Shown in pieces: positions 1 to 13,300 of a DNA stretch of 64,000 nt; positions within the stretch are counted from its first letter, which is position 1; every line of letters begins with the position of its first letter. Below the pieces are notes generated by a model, which searched no databases, was not told where the DNA came from, and worked only from the letters and a program-made list of their open reading frames with translations. Location: NCBI RefSeq assembly GCF_036971445.1, contig NW_027211808.1, positions 7,812,001-7,876,000 of the forward strand. The letters are read 5' to 3'. The position numbers and the translations under genes are program-made. This DNA comes from Narcine bancroftii (taxonomy: Eukaryota).

Positions 1-357
1 CTTTAAATAATATACAGGAGATTACAGAGGAAAAAATACAATAAATTGGTAAAGAAGAGGATAACATCTAACAAAGACGTTTTATTTGTTTATCCATTTG
101 AAAGCGTATATCCATGCATTTTATAAACTCCATGACGAATTATTGCATTCACGTGTTTCCCTCTTGCCTAGAAAATGCAAATTGCGCTGTTATATTGACT
201 AAAGTTGCAGAAAATGTGCTTCTGTTTAACCTGTCCTAATAGTAAATTACGTAAATAGTAAAACGCTTTCATATGCTACTTCGTAGAAATCGCCTTCTAA
301 TATCTGGCGTCTGTCCAAATGATGTGCCTCAACTTTGGAAATGATCAACTAATATTG

Positions 358-512
358 NNNNNNNNNNNNNNNNNNNNNNNNNNNNNNNNNNNNNNNNNNN
401 NNNNNNNNNNNNNNNNNNNNNNNNNNNNNNNNNNNNNNNNNNNNNNNNNNNNNNNNNNNNNNNNNNNNNNNNNNNNNNNNNNNNNNNNNNNNNNNNNNNN
501 NNNNNNNNNNNN
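358..512. other. Assembly gap (N run)
   Basis: Run of N characters. Confidence 0.99.
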
Positions 513-1060
513 CCTTCCTTAATATCTTCCCATCTCCCATTTTATGCCCCTCAGTAAAGTACATTTTAAAATCCAGTCAGGTAAATTAAGTCAGACTGAA
601 AGCATATTTCAAAAGCAAATACACAAACAAAACATAGAAATGCAGGTCTGCTCTATACTGAATGCTGCTGAATCTTCAATAGAAGAAAAGCATATCCAAA
701 ACAATGGACCATTATTGTTTCTATTGAGGATTCTAGGAGCTAATTGTAATTGCAAAAAAGGAATCATTCTGTAACTTACACTTACCCGTTATTAATACTA
801 AAATAGAAGGATTTGATAATAAATGTTCATGATAGTTTTTATTATGCAAGATGAAAGCAATTGGTCACAAGCCTGCACTTTTCAGAGACGCACATGTGCG
901 AGAGAATATCTTATGTCAAGAGAATGTGAGTTAACCCTAGTGGTTTTTATTTATATCCCTTAGCATTGAAAATGTTCAGATAGAACAGTCATGTCTTAGA
1001 TGTCTAGGGTTTCACAGGTCAGACTTCCAGGATAAAATTTACTAATCGGATAAAAAAAGT

Positions 1061-1077
1061 TGTCCTTTCAGTGAACT
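1061..1077 (-). promoter_or_regulatory. DR5 retinoic acid response element 3' of HoxB4 (early neural enhancer-type RARE)
   Basis: Minus strand reads AGTTCA-ctgaa-AGGACA, a DR5. It lies about 2.7 kb downstream of the HoxB4 stop, matching the position and half-sites I recall for the 3' RAREs of group-4 Hox genes. Confidence 0.8.
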
Positions 1078-1488
1078 CTTTGGGTAGTCCTGCCGACCAA
1101 CCAGCGTGCTGACTTTATTCCATAAGATTCATATATGTTTAAAACATAACAGAGAGATAAACATCGTAATGCCAACTGATTATTTTGCAGACTATTTTGG
1201 TCGATGTATTTACTACATATCCAACACGCACACGGGCAACAGCTTTCACAATTAACTGTCAAAGGAAGAACAAAGCAATTTGAAGTGACGAAATTAATCG
1301 AGTTTGTTTGGAGTTACCTTTCGTTTCGCTGTTTTCCATTTTCCAGATCTGAATATTTTCTAGATTTTTAAGCATGGCTGAGAGCGAATATTCAACGTTC
1401 TGCTATATTTTTAAGTATCCTCCTGGAAGAGCACCTCTTTTCTCCAGGTCCAGCCATCCAGATTTGCTGTTAAGCAACAATGGGAGAA

Positions 1489-1533
1489 GTATTTAAAGAA
1501 AGCAGTGATTAATGATTTCAAGTTAATTCTCGC
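1489..1533. promoter_or_regulatory. Conserved Hox-binding block 3' of HoxB4 (CR3/late neural enhancer-like)
   Basis: gtatttaaagaaagcagtgattaatgatttcaagttaattctcgc has paired TAAT/ATTA cores and resembles my recollection of the mouse Hoxb4/Hoxb3 CR3 element; the position fits. Confidence 0.6.
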
Positions 1534-3799
1534 ATTTTTATAACCTTTCTGCGTAATGCCTGTGAACTTTGGTTGTATAGCTTGCATTCAAAGTCGTTGG
1601 CAGTAGTCAGGCGGAGGATGCAGTATTAGTTTGCCTGTTTGTTATTATTGTCTATGAATAGAGAAAGCAGAACAGCCCTTGCTGAGATTCAAGAATAATT
1701 CTTATATTATCAACCAAAATAATTAATTCCCATTGTAATCCAAAATTATGCACCTCCCGAAAATATAATATTTGGAAAGATTACATTTCAGAATGATTCA
1801 GTTTCTTGGGACACCCGGGGAAGAGGAAACACAAAACATATATTCATTGGATAGTGAAGATTTTCTCATATAAACGACAGATTGTAAAACCTGCCGTTGT
1901 GTCCCAATGAAAAATGTGTTCTTTTTAAAAATAGAACTTTTTCTCTCTTGTCTCTTTTGCTTCAGTTAAATATGCGAATTCTCTTTCATATGTGATTTGC
2001 ATGATGCAAAACAATGCCCATAAACATTAATTTGAAAAGGACACCTTGAAAAATGCTAAGGTCAATGATATTTTGTATATTACACTTGAAAAAAAATAGT
2101 TTGGAGTTTGGGGTAGGATGGGTTAAGGCAGCAGTGAATGCAAAATGCAATTTTGCAACAGAATTTTTTTAAATTCCAGAGCTGAAGCAAAACATGTATA
2201 GCAGAGTTTTGTATCATCCAAATAGTTTGTTCCAACACAGATAATTGCATTGTAGCTGAATATATATTCTAGTAAGTTTTTCATTTGGTTTGTGCTGTAT
2301 TTTTGATCCCCAGATTGCATATGCAATGTGTTATAAGAAAGAAAATTAAAATGAATACAGAGCTTCACTTGACAAAAGAGGTAATTTGTCTTCTTGATTA
2401 TCTATTTGGTTGTCAAAGCTTGAACTATTACACTGCCCAATCCTTTTCTAATGGAAAAATGCTAAGAGGCAATGTATCAATGTTAGAACAGAGCTTAACT
2501 TACAAACGTTTCTAAATAAAAATAAAAAATGGCAAGGAAGCAAAGCAATAAAAAAACAACAACTGATGGCCAAATATGAGATGGAAATCCTCCCCATCTC
2601 AGCAATTTTCAAAGATGTTTTGTTATATTGTGCAATGTCACCATATAAGCATGCAGGTGCATAGGCCTCCAACAGTGTCAAAATAAGCATGTATTCATTT
2701 TGATATATACCTTCTTGAATATTTGTCTCTGGGCTAAGTCAATGTCTTCGGTATTCACATAGGCCAACTCATACAGCTATATGAGGTTTTAGAAAACCAG
2801 AGTTATGATTCAAGAATTTGTCCAACAAACCAGTTAAAAGGGAACAAAATAAAATATAGGCCTTGAATAAATTTATTTTGGTTATTATTATTTGCTCTTA
2901 TTTTGGTATGGATGAGAGTTGGTACATCTAGAACAATGCAAGGACATAGACTTCTAACAAAATACAAATTCATGTGGTCCACAGTGATGCAGCTACTAAA
3001 ACGTTCATAGACTGGAATGTCATAAATATGATGATAGGTTAAAACAATTTATCTGTCTAGCTTTCCATTCCACCCCACCCACCCCCCCCCCCCACCCCCA
3101 CGAAAGCACACTGTGTTAATACAGAGGCCAGAGGAGAGTATTGTATCCTGGCTGTACAAGTCACATGCAACATTTTAATAATCACTTTAAATAACTTTGC
3201 TGACATAATTTATACCTACAGAGGAATTTTACATGTTTTCATTTAAGTCCAACTACATACATTTTATTGGCACCGAATGTAATATATTTGGGATCAAAAC
3301 ATCTGAGGATATGGAGTATATATCAGTGTAATAACCCAAAGAAAATACCCAAAGTATTTATTTTTGTGAACCCCGTTGGAAAATGACTCCAAGAGTAAAA
3401 ACACAAGGGTCATCTTGCCGAACTGTTTCAACATTCTTGCTGCAGAATTTGTTTTTGTGCAAATAAAAGACTGTTTGTCATCCCAGGTTGATGAAACGGA
3501 GCCTCATTTATTAAAGTGTTCATTTGCTGTCGAGGTAATCGTTGGCATAGAGTTCATCTTTTGTACCACCAAGTAAACATGACAAATGGGGAGACTTTGG
3601 CGTGATTAAGACGAATCTTTGCCATTCTCTTCTGAAAACTGCAATCTACAATATTACAGGCTGAGGTGGGGGAAGGATGAGAGAATTTGGTAAAATCAGA
3701 GTATTTACAGTTTAGACTTTGCCATTGTAAATAAACAGTCCTTCAGACAACATCCTATGCTTCTGCGCGCATCTATAAATTTCCATCCCAAAAAGGCAG

Positions 3800-4119
3800 C
3801 TATAATGTGGCTGATGGTTCATTTGGCTCCTGATTCTGAGAGCTTCCTTGCGATTGATGACTTTCAGAGGACGAGGAGCATGTAGAAGACCTGATTTTGG
3901 TATTTGGCAACTTTTGGTCCTTTTTCCATTTCATTCGCCTGTTCTGGAACCATATTTTTATCTGTCGTTCTGACAGGCAAAGAGAATGGGCTATTTCCTC
4001 CCTGCGTCTCCGGGTTAGGTACCGATTAAAATGGAACTCCTTTTCCAGCTCTAGAACTTGCTGTTTCGTGTAAGCAGTGCGGGAGCGTTTTGGTTCCCCT
4101 CCTTTGTAATTAGGGTTCA
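3800..4119 (-). CDS. HOXB4: HoxB4 exon 2 (homeodomain)
   Basis: Acceptor ttcag|TG at 4120/4119; translates [78 protein letters not shown]; LPNTK is the group-4 signature; stop at 3800. Confidence 0.95.
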
Positions 4120-4316
4120 CTGAACAAAAAGCAACAACACAGAAATAACTGACTGAACACCACAAATCTTACAAGGAAAAGAGCTAGAACACTTAAAATA
4201 AGCATTAGCAAAAAAATTGTAAAACTTCACGACTATCATTAACCGCCGTTCAAAGGGACCTGAGCGCCTAGGACACAACACATCAAAGGAGCATGGCCAG
4301 AAGTGCAATTGTACTG

Positions 4317-4352
4317 CAATAAAAATTTATGGAGGCAGTCATTACTGACCTC
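4317..4352. promoter_or_regulatory. HB-1-like conserved intronic homeodomain-binding element of group-4 Hox genes
   Basis: caataaaaatttatggaggcagtcattactgacc in the HoxB4 intron: clustered TTTAT/ATTA motifs similar to the recalled HB-1 element. Confidence 0.6.
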
Positions 4353-4447
4353 CAGATAGGCGATCGTAAATCTAAAGAATAGCTATTTACAATGGGTGAA
4401 ATAGATTCTAGGCTTTCAGTGGTAAAAAGCCCAAGCAAGCGACTCAC

Positions 4448-4844
4448 CAGAGTTTATATGTAATTTCTTCATCCACGGATAAACCAAGGGCTCCTTAGAA
4501 CAAGGAGTGTTTTGGTTGCTGAAGTTCTGGCTGCAAGACACACTTGTGACCGAGATACACTGCTGGCCATGCTTGGCTAAATGCGTTTGAAGGCCGATCT
4601 GCGATTGTATGTGGCCCCTTGGCGCCACGATTTGCTCGCCCGAGCGCTGCAGCTTGCTGCAAGAGGAATAGAGCTGCTCGCTGTACGCTGACCGAGAGTA
4701 CATCGCCTCATGCTGGAACCCGGGCTCCCGTGCCCGGGTATAGTAATCCGGAGAATTGCTTGGTAGGTAATTGTTCTGTGAATATTCTTCACACGGTGGA
4801 AATTTAGGGTTCACATAGTTAGAGTTAATCAAAAACGAATTCAT
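4448..4844 (-). CDS. HOXB4: HoxB4 exon 1
   Basis: MNSFLINSNYVNPKFPPCEEYSQ N-terminus, hexapeptide VYPWMKK, donor G|GTGAGT at 4448/4447; 397 nt, phase 1, in frame with exon 2. Confidence 0.95.
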
Positions 4845-6169
4845 GACCTTTAATATCCGAAATGCAAAGTAACTCAATTTTTTTTCTAACCCTACTGTTT
4901 TTCCTGTTCCCTAAACCCTCCTACGTTACTGTCAAGTGAACGAAGTTAGGCGCTCATGTGACACAGGTAGCCAATCGTAAGGTCCGTTCGATTCCCGGAT
5001 AAGGAAATAGAATTGAACGCCGAATGTTCTCCAGCTTGTCCTCGAAACAGTTTCTGATTGCATATTTTTTTTTTACTTTTTACTTTTTTTTAAATCATAA
5101 AACATAACAAGTTTACCAATAGGTCTGTCTTGTATCAAGCCCGTTAAAGACGCTTAAAATCGGCCAATTGTGCCTAAGCTACGTGTATTAAAAGTTTGTT
5201 GCTAGTTCACAACACTACAAAAAAAATCATTTTTATATAATACATAAAGTGAAAATTTGTGTGTTCAGAATCTATCCATACATCGGAAAACTTTTTGTAA
5301 TCGCCTTGCTAATGCCTTTACGGAGCTTGGGGTGGGGTGGGGGGGAGAGGTGTGGAAGGTGTCTTGGTTGCCAAAGATGAAGCGGACTGCTTTGGATCAA
5401 TAGAAAATTCATCAACTAATTAACAGAACCACAATCCACAAATTACATTTAGCAGCTCATTAGACGGGCGATTTTCACCGAGAACAACCCTAAAAAACGA
5501 TTCCACTCGATCCATATAACTAAGAAAAATATCACAGGTGGTAACCAATTGCTAACAACTTAACGAACTCATCCTCGTTCGATTAAAAGCAATCGCAAAA
5601 TGAAGAAGGGCTGTTAAAACACGTTTGTCTCTTTATTTCATTGAACGACTTTCGTTGGCTTAAATTAAAAATGTTCAACATTTTGCCATAAGCAGCAACA
5701 TGCTGTCATCTGTGATATCGCCATGCCTGTAAATTTCGGAGATTTGACACAGAAAACTTTGATGTTTCATTTAAAACGATAGCCATTAAACTAAGAAGAA
5801 AATGCAAATAACTGGAATAAAATAATTGAAGATGTTCATAGATTTATATTTACTGTAGTTCACACACCAATTTATATGAATGGCGGTTCTGAAATTATTA
5901 ATCTTCAAATCATAACAAATAATTTAATTCTGACAATTTCTAAACGCAGGAATGCGCGGGATTATCGAAAAAGGTAACACTTACATTCCATATTTAAATG
6001 GCTTAACCTAAATAACACGAGTGCTAAGAATTGTTGCAGCAAGAGGGGGTAAAGAAAAAAAGAACAACCCGCCATTACAGGCAGGAAGCTCAACTGCACA
6101 ACCAAGTAGATAAACATTATCATTCGACGGAAACATATTCTTCTGTCTTCAGGGTGAATGTTGTTGCGT

Positions 6170-6260
6170 TTGTGTCGACTACATACTCCCCTAGATACGA
6201 ATTTGTGACCATAACTTTGTCAACACAAATTCGGATCTACAGGGTATATATAGAGGACAA
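6170..6260 (-). ncRNA. MIR10A: miR-10 precursor (miR-10a type)
   Basis: Mature UACCCUGUAGAUCCGAAUUUGUG at 6246..6224; 3p arm CAAAUUCGUAUCUAGGGGAGUA at 6205..6184; canonical position upstream of Hox4. Confidence 0.97.
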
Positions 6261-7638
6261 ACATATTTTCGGCATTTTTGTAGCCCAGGAATGTTAAAGA
6301 GCTTCCATGACAATGAACATACACTACTGAACTAAGTGCTCGTACAGATGTGTTATGAATATGTATCTACACATCCTGAGAGTTCATTTGTTTCTAACCT
6401 TTCAGTGATTGTAATGCAGTTTTTGCATATTATTTTTAATATCAAAATGCGAGTTGCACGGTTTTGAAGATTAAAACCGGTTAATTCTGAACAAATATTT
6501 CTGTAAGTCCTAAAATATTCTTTTAAGGGACAACTTCGAACAATCATTTTGGCGAACCTCTTGCGTTTGTATCAAATAATTGAGAAAGAGACCGTCATGT
6601 GTATTACTTTTCAAAATATTTATATTAAAATTATACCAGAGCAATGGATTTTTTTTCACTCAGTGGCTCTATATCCCTTATAATTTATAGTTGTTTAACA
6701 TGTGGCCCAAGTAGTGGGAACTAAACGGGCAACTAAATTAACCTTATACTATTCAAGACAGCAAAGTGTGTGACAGCCCCCCACCTCCCCCCCCCCCCCC
6801 CACAATTGAATGAGATTGACTACAAGATTAGATATGAGAAACTATGTGAATCTATTTGCGACGGATACTTAATTCTTAGATACCAATCTTTTTTGTAGCT
6901 AGGAGGAATGTTGTTTACGACATGCAAAGTGTGGTAAATAGACATATTTCCGATGATAGCAATAAAATATAAAAACATAAGGAGACTTCACTCCTTCGCA
7001 TATGAAAAGAGTTCATGACTTTAAAATAAAAGAAAACTTCCCTCACACGGGTCTAACCGCGGTAATGTTAACGACAGATTAAAAACATCCTTAAACGCAA
7101 GAATAGAATTTTGTGCTATTTATTTTTGGCAGTCAATCATGGCCCGTGCAACTGTGAATTTATGCAGTTAGAAAGTACGCACATAAGCTGTTCAAAAGAA
7201 CATTTTCAGAAAAGATACTCTGATCTCTGTTTAACTCCCTGCAATAAAACCGAACACATTTCGGAAGTTTGGAAGAGGAATATATTTACTGTTCCCCATC
7301 TGCTCTGCATTTCAAAGGAATCTTACTATAGATTGCTATACTAACAGAGGATGCAAACAGCAGCGGAATGGGGGAGGACTTTTCCCTCCTATTTTTGGCC
7401 TGTCATTGGGGAAATGAATCGCATGCTTCGATCCTCGACCCTACTGTAGAGAAGGACTCACTACTGCCAATAATAGTGACTTCAATGAACATGCAAATAT
7501 TGTCAACACGCAAAACATTAAAAAAAACAGCATTAATATTGTTCATATCATTGGAGACAGTGACCATTAAATGATTGCAATTAATTTAGAATTACCAATG
7601 TTAAGAGCACGTATTTTTTGCATTCACACTTCATACTA

Positions 7639-7712
<74 letters not shown>
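7639..7712. repeat. (CA)n microsatellite
   Basis: Long perfect CA run. Confidence 0.98.
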
Positions 7713-7714
<2 letters not shown>

Positions 7715-8065
7715 AAACACTTAAATCCGTCTATAATCACGAATTATACATTACAGGACTCACTGGTTTGGGGCTCTAAAAATTCGAACGGAGAGATCGA
7801 AATACCAACTTCAACATAAGCATATTCGTTCTCCTTTGTCTGTTCTTGCACTGATAACATCTAGTTAGAGTAACGCTTTCCAACAGCACTCTATTTTTCC
7901 ACATTCGAAATGCTTAGCAGTTTTTTAAAAAGTGTCGAGCACCGGCCTGGCGAACATTTTCTCTCCCTCAGTTTTTGCATTAACCTCATACACTAACAGT
8001 CTTTGTTAAACACTAAGGCGTGCCGTCGGTCCGTCCGAGTACATTTTAATATGTGTTAGACGCTT

Positions 8066-8082
8066 TGACCTGATTTTCACCC
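8066..8082 (-). promoter_or_regulatory. DR5 RARE upstream of HoxB4 (B4U-type)
   Basis: Minus strand GGGTGA-aaatc-AGGTCA, about 3.2 kb 5' of HoxB4; matches the recalled (A/G)GGTGA-n5-AGGTCA 5' RARE of group-4 genes. Confidence 0.82.
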
Positions 8083-10120
8083 CACTCTTGGACTCTCCCC
8101 CTCCACGAGTTCTATAGTATGGAGAGGTCTCTCAGTCATATTCAATTTTGCTCAGGTCATTACGTTTGAGAAAAATAGCAAGGCAGAAGTTTACCCAAAC
8201 CAGTGTGAAGGCGCTGGAAATGAGCTCAAGCATATCATGGTCTGTGATTTCATTAGCATCAAATATTTATTATAAAAGTCACATTTATTGTCTTCCTCTA
8301 CATGCGCAGTTTATAATTTGAATAACAAAAACAATTAATAGCTCTGCTTTCTCGTGCAAGTTTAGTTTGCACGAATATATAATATACTCGTTTTTACAGT
8401 TACGTTTTCCATATATTTCATTAAATTATCCCGAGTAATATCCATAGATAAGTCATCAATCAAATTATAAGACCCAACTCATTTATGTATGCACTAAAAC
8501 GAATTAATTTAGTTTCTTGAAAATAATTGTTTTAACGTTGTAATAATCTTATTCGACACTACACCCTCCAGATAAATTTCGCCGAATATTTCGACGAAGT
8601 CAAATCCAAAGACATTCATTTGCTATTTTATTTTTTCATTGATGCGTGCTCTGTCTTCTGATCAATTCGCAAATTGGCGTTGGCAGACGTTGATCAGTAC
8701 AAAATAAAAATCAGATGAAACATTTTCGCCATTTTTGGATTATAATGTGAACATTTCTATTTTGTTTGAAGAAATATGGCGAGTGTGCTAATTAAGATAT
8801 GGAAAGTAGAGCCTTTATTGCATTCAAGTTTCGGGCAGCAAGCTCACCACAAATAGTAATGTGATTTAAAGGTTTTCTTGGAAGGAGGTTGTCCTAAAGG
8901 AGAGGCATACACGGTAATTAAAATATTTATATTGTTGTTGAATAGAGAATGAAGAGGTAGAGCTCATCTAATTTTCCTTAAACCAATGTGGCATGATTTC
9001 TAACCATTTAGGAGGAGACAAATTTCTAATATAATGTCCCCTCCGAAATTATGCACATTCGACCATGCAGTACGTCCTCCCTTGTGGTCTAGATCATGAA
9101 TTGGAGTGGAATTTAAATCCATAATCTTATGATTTGTTTATCAGAAAATATAAAATACTCGACGTGATTTATCATTTTCAGAAGAAAATAAATATAATTG
9201 ACGGTGAAAAATTGAACATTATGTAGATTGTGTTTTATCACTGGAATTAACAGATGAAAATCTTTTTAGTTTAAAAAGGAATATTGTTGCATCACTGAGA
9301 GGGGTTTTCAGAGGTCACAAGCAAGAAGTATAAATGCAAAATCTTTATTTCTATAATGCGGAACTGTTGCATAATACACGCCACACACATGATCAAATCA
9401 TTGCCAAATTCCATTGAAACCATTTTGTTTAATCCATGGTAATTGAAAAAAAATCAATTGCCTTTGTGGGCGCTGAAGAAAATGGAGAAATTGATTATTT
9501 AAAGGTTGCTTGCCTCAAGTTTTTCTTTAATCTTCCATCAACGGGATGGTTTGGTAATGGAACTCTAAGTTGCCCACCCAAAATGTAAACACTCGAATGT
9601 AAATCTTTTTTGTTATATTTACTTTGAACAAATTTATCGCAGAGCAAAAGTACTGCGAAAAGATTTTAAACTCTTCCAAGCGCAGAACCCAGGACAACAA
9701 GCTGCCTTGCAGACAGATTTAAATGCTTTATTTAAAGTGGTTGACCTATAGTTTGTAAATTCTGTGCAGTGCTTTATTAAAATAGGATATAGGATAAATA
9801 TCGCTTAATGCTAGTTATAATGCTAATTATATGGAGTTAATATCGAGTTTATTTTTAATCTGATGGAAAGCCTATGAAAACGTAATCATTTTTGCTTCGT
9901 AAAACTTGTGGAAAATACTTGATTTTTCAAGGTTGAACATTGATGGATAAATTTCATCCCGGAGATCTAAAGCAACCATTAGGATAGAGAAAGAATACCT
10001 AATGCTATATGTCGAAAAATTGAAGAACTAAAATTTGCCTTGTGTTATCGTGCAATATAATTGTTAGGAACGCTGTGGTCTTTGATTCGATGCTTGGTTT
10101 GTTTGTTTGTTTGTAATATT

Positions 10121-10337
10121 TTGTCGAATTCTACGACTCCTCTTTCAGCCATTGGCACTTAGTAATTTCATGACCGTCTGAGCTTGAATCTGGATTTTTA
10201 AAAAAAATATTTTCACATCCGTTTGTTTGCAAAATGTTGTCGAATTCTACGACTCTTCTTTCAGCCATTGGCACTTAGCAATTTCATGACCGTCTGCGCT
10301 TGAATCTGGATTTAAAAAAAAATTCACATCCGTTTGT
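10121..10337. repeat. Tandem duplication of a ~116-bp unit
   Basis: ttgtcgaattctacgactc...cacatccgtttgt starts at 10121 and again at 10237, with a few substitutions and a small indel. Confidence 0.92.
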
Positions 10338-13300
10338 AAATGTGCATTTGACGAAATTACATCCCATGACCCGTGACTTACATCCCATGACCCATCGACT
10401 ATTTGTTTTTTTTTTGTCTTGACACCAACTTCACTAAGACTTTCTATTCCTCGTGGAACTTGACTCTCACATTGTTTTAAAAGGAAGGTTAATTGCATCT
10501 ACCGAGAATTATTTACCTCCACCCTTTTGTTTTTTTTTTAAAAAAACCGTTTATGGCAATTCCTTCAACCGTGGATCTGGTGATTTCTAATTATTATGCA
10601 GTGTGTTTCATGAAAGAAAACAATTAATCCTCTCTCCTTTTGCACAGGTCGCAGTGAGGATAGTTAGCAGTGAACTATCATTCACCCCATTACCACCCAC
10701 CGTGGCATCACACACATGTCCACCCTTCACCACTTCTACCAACATTTCGAGCCCCTCGCTGTCCGTTGTCTCTCTATCCACGCATCTTATATCACATCGC
10801 CAGTATATATTTTGTTGATTTCTAAGCTTTACTTATATATTTTTTTAAAATCTGGGCGTCATGTTTTCATCTAAGCCGATAGAGAAGACCATTGATATCG
10901 AACTGAATCTATCTAGACAGACAACATCAAGTTACGCACGACGTAAACTTTTGACCTCCACTTTTTGACCCCTCAGCTATAATGCTGTACTAACAAGCCC
11001 CCATAAACAGTTTCAACATCACAATCCTTAGACAGTATTGCTATACAGTTTTGTTTCCCACACAAGGCAAGAATTTAAGCTTAGCGCTCTTTTATTCAAT
11101 GCACAATTTTGAGAAATCGAAAGATTTTTATTAGTCACTGGAATTTCTTGAAAGTTCGGTTTGGATTCTTTAAGTATGTATTTATTTTCTTTATCCGCAA
11201 GGTTTTAATGAATTTCTGCAATTATTGGGTAGGAAAGTATATAGCCTGAAAGGGTGTGAGTTTGGAAGAGATAAATGGCCACTGCACTTTGAAACTTCTG
11301 ATAATTGTGCATTTTGAGGAGATATCAAACAGACTCCTCCGTCTCTGTTTCGCTAGATTAAGTGGAATGCAAAAACTGGTAAGAAAGAGACGCATCTTGA
11401 CTATGAACTTGGTCTGAAGCGGGCTCTGGTGGTGAATGCGACATGTTACATGTCTCAACCAGCTCCCCGATTCCATTCATATTTATTTCGAAATCTGCTT
11501 TTATTCCGAGTTTTATGATAATAAAATACCAGAGTATGCTTTTCCATATTTTTGTCAACTTGCAAATATTATGCGTTCCATATGGTTAAAGCTGGCAACA
11601 AGCAGAATGTCTTTAACCGAGGTCATCAGAAAGCAAATTCCTCAAGAGACGAAATAATAACTAGGATTTCACGTAACGTTTGTCATTGGTTTGTGTGATA
11701 ATTTGTGAATTCTACATGTGATAGAAAACATAGACCAATTCGGTTAAGCTACGCATTGCAATGCGAATGACAGAGAGAGAAGTGTTGAGATTAGTTCTGA
11801 TTCTTTGCAGAATTTTTGCCAAAGTAACCGTGTTGTTTTTATTATAAAATATCTCGCTCAATTCTTTAAATATTAGACAACAGTCTACTTTATTTTAGCA
11901 CTAAAGGTTAACAAATCTCTTGGGTCTTGAGTACCATAAAAACTCAAACCGTGTCGATAATAGAGAGAAAGAAAGCCCCGAAAACATTGAATGGTTTGGA
12001 AATGTCATGGCTAGAAAATGTATATTATTATGGAGCTTGATACTAATTATATAATTTTTTGTTTAATTTTGTAATTTATTAAGCGCAAAAGATTCAGCGA
12101 AAGTAATAGTATTTTGTAATTTAAGATCTCACCTTATGCCGGTGTTGCGTTCAATTAGATTGTGATTTGTGTGTTGATCTAGCTTAGTTCGTAGGTTTCG
12201 GAAGAGGGTGCTGCTTGTGGCCCAAATTGATCTCAGTTGGTGACGGTTGAAACCATGGGGGAAAGTTAATGAAAACGTATGAGATCTGAATGCTTTTATC
12301 AGTGCGTCCGCAAGTAGATGTTTAATATGGCGATATAATCATTTGACACATTTATGACTCTATCTGCGATGGTGCGAATGCTTTTTGTTCCTGTCCCCCA
12401 CTAAATTACAACCTTAACCGAGTGCTTAACTCTATCCAGTGCATATAAATGAACAAGATGCACACCATTTAAAAACCGAAACAAAGAAAATGTATCATGT
12501 TTAAACTTTGCAGTTAAAATTATAAGGATGCTTATAGATCCTGTCGTTTCCATGGAACAGATAATTTGCTTGTGATTGTTCCAGGAGCAAATATATCTCA
12601 GTAAGCGAGGGGGAGCATTTTCGCTAAAAAAAAAACAAATTATCAATGTTACTCTTGAGCACGAATTTACGTTATCAATGTTTGTGTGTGAGTCGATTTG
12701 CAGTGAACAAAAATCTGAGAATTTAAAATACCTTGCCAAAAGATTGAATATATATATTTGATTATATTTTAAAGCTATTTCCTTTCTTTGGTACCCAAAT
12801 CAATGCTTTTCAACAGAAGGAAGATGTCTAACATACACATAATTCGTGCGGTATGATAGTCAATTTCATCCACTTCGCTATGGCGATCAAATTCAGCTCT
12901 TGCGAATTTTACTCATATAACCATATATGAACCATATTTTATTAAAAAGTCGAGAGATTCTTGTACGATTGTAATTATTTATGCTCTATCAGTTTCTTTC
13001 ACACACTAATCATAAACTATTACACTAATGTATTTCCTGAGCATCGTACCTTTAGATCAGTCTGGGAAAGATAAGTGAAGAACCAAATATGGGACACCAC
13101 CAAGCATGCAGGATATAGCTGATTGGTGGCAGACTCCCAGATTGACAGAATATTTTTACCTCAGAGGAAAATAATGAAAAATACAAATGTTTACCCCAAA
13201 CTAGAGGTCTTAAATCGTTTGCGCCTAAAAATAAACACAAAACACATTCATAGCAATTATCGAACTAATCTTTATCCTTTTCTATTTTATTGCAGAACAC

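Noticed and set aside
7571-7819. His-Thr repeat ORF and similar ERER/CVCV/LSLS ORFs
   Set aside because: These are translations of dinucleotide microsatellites.
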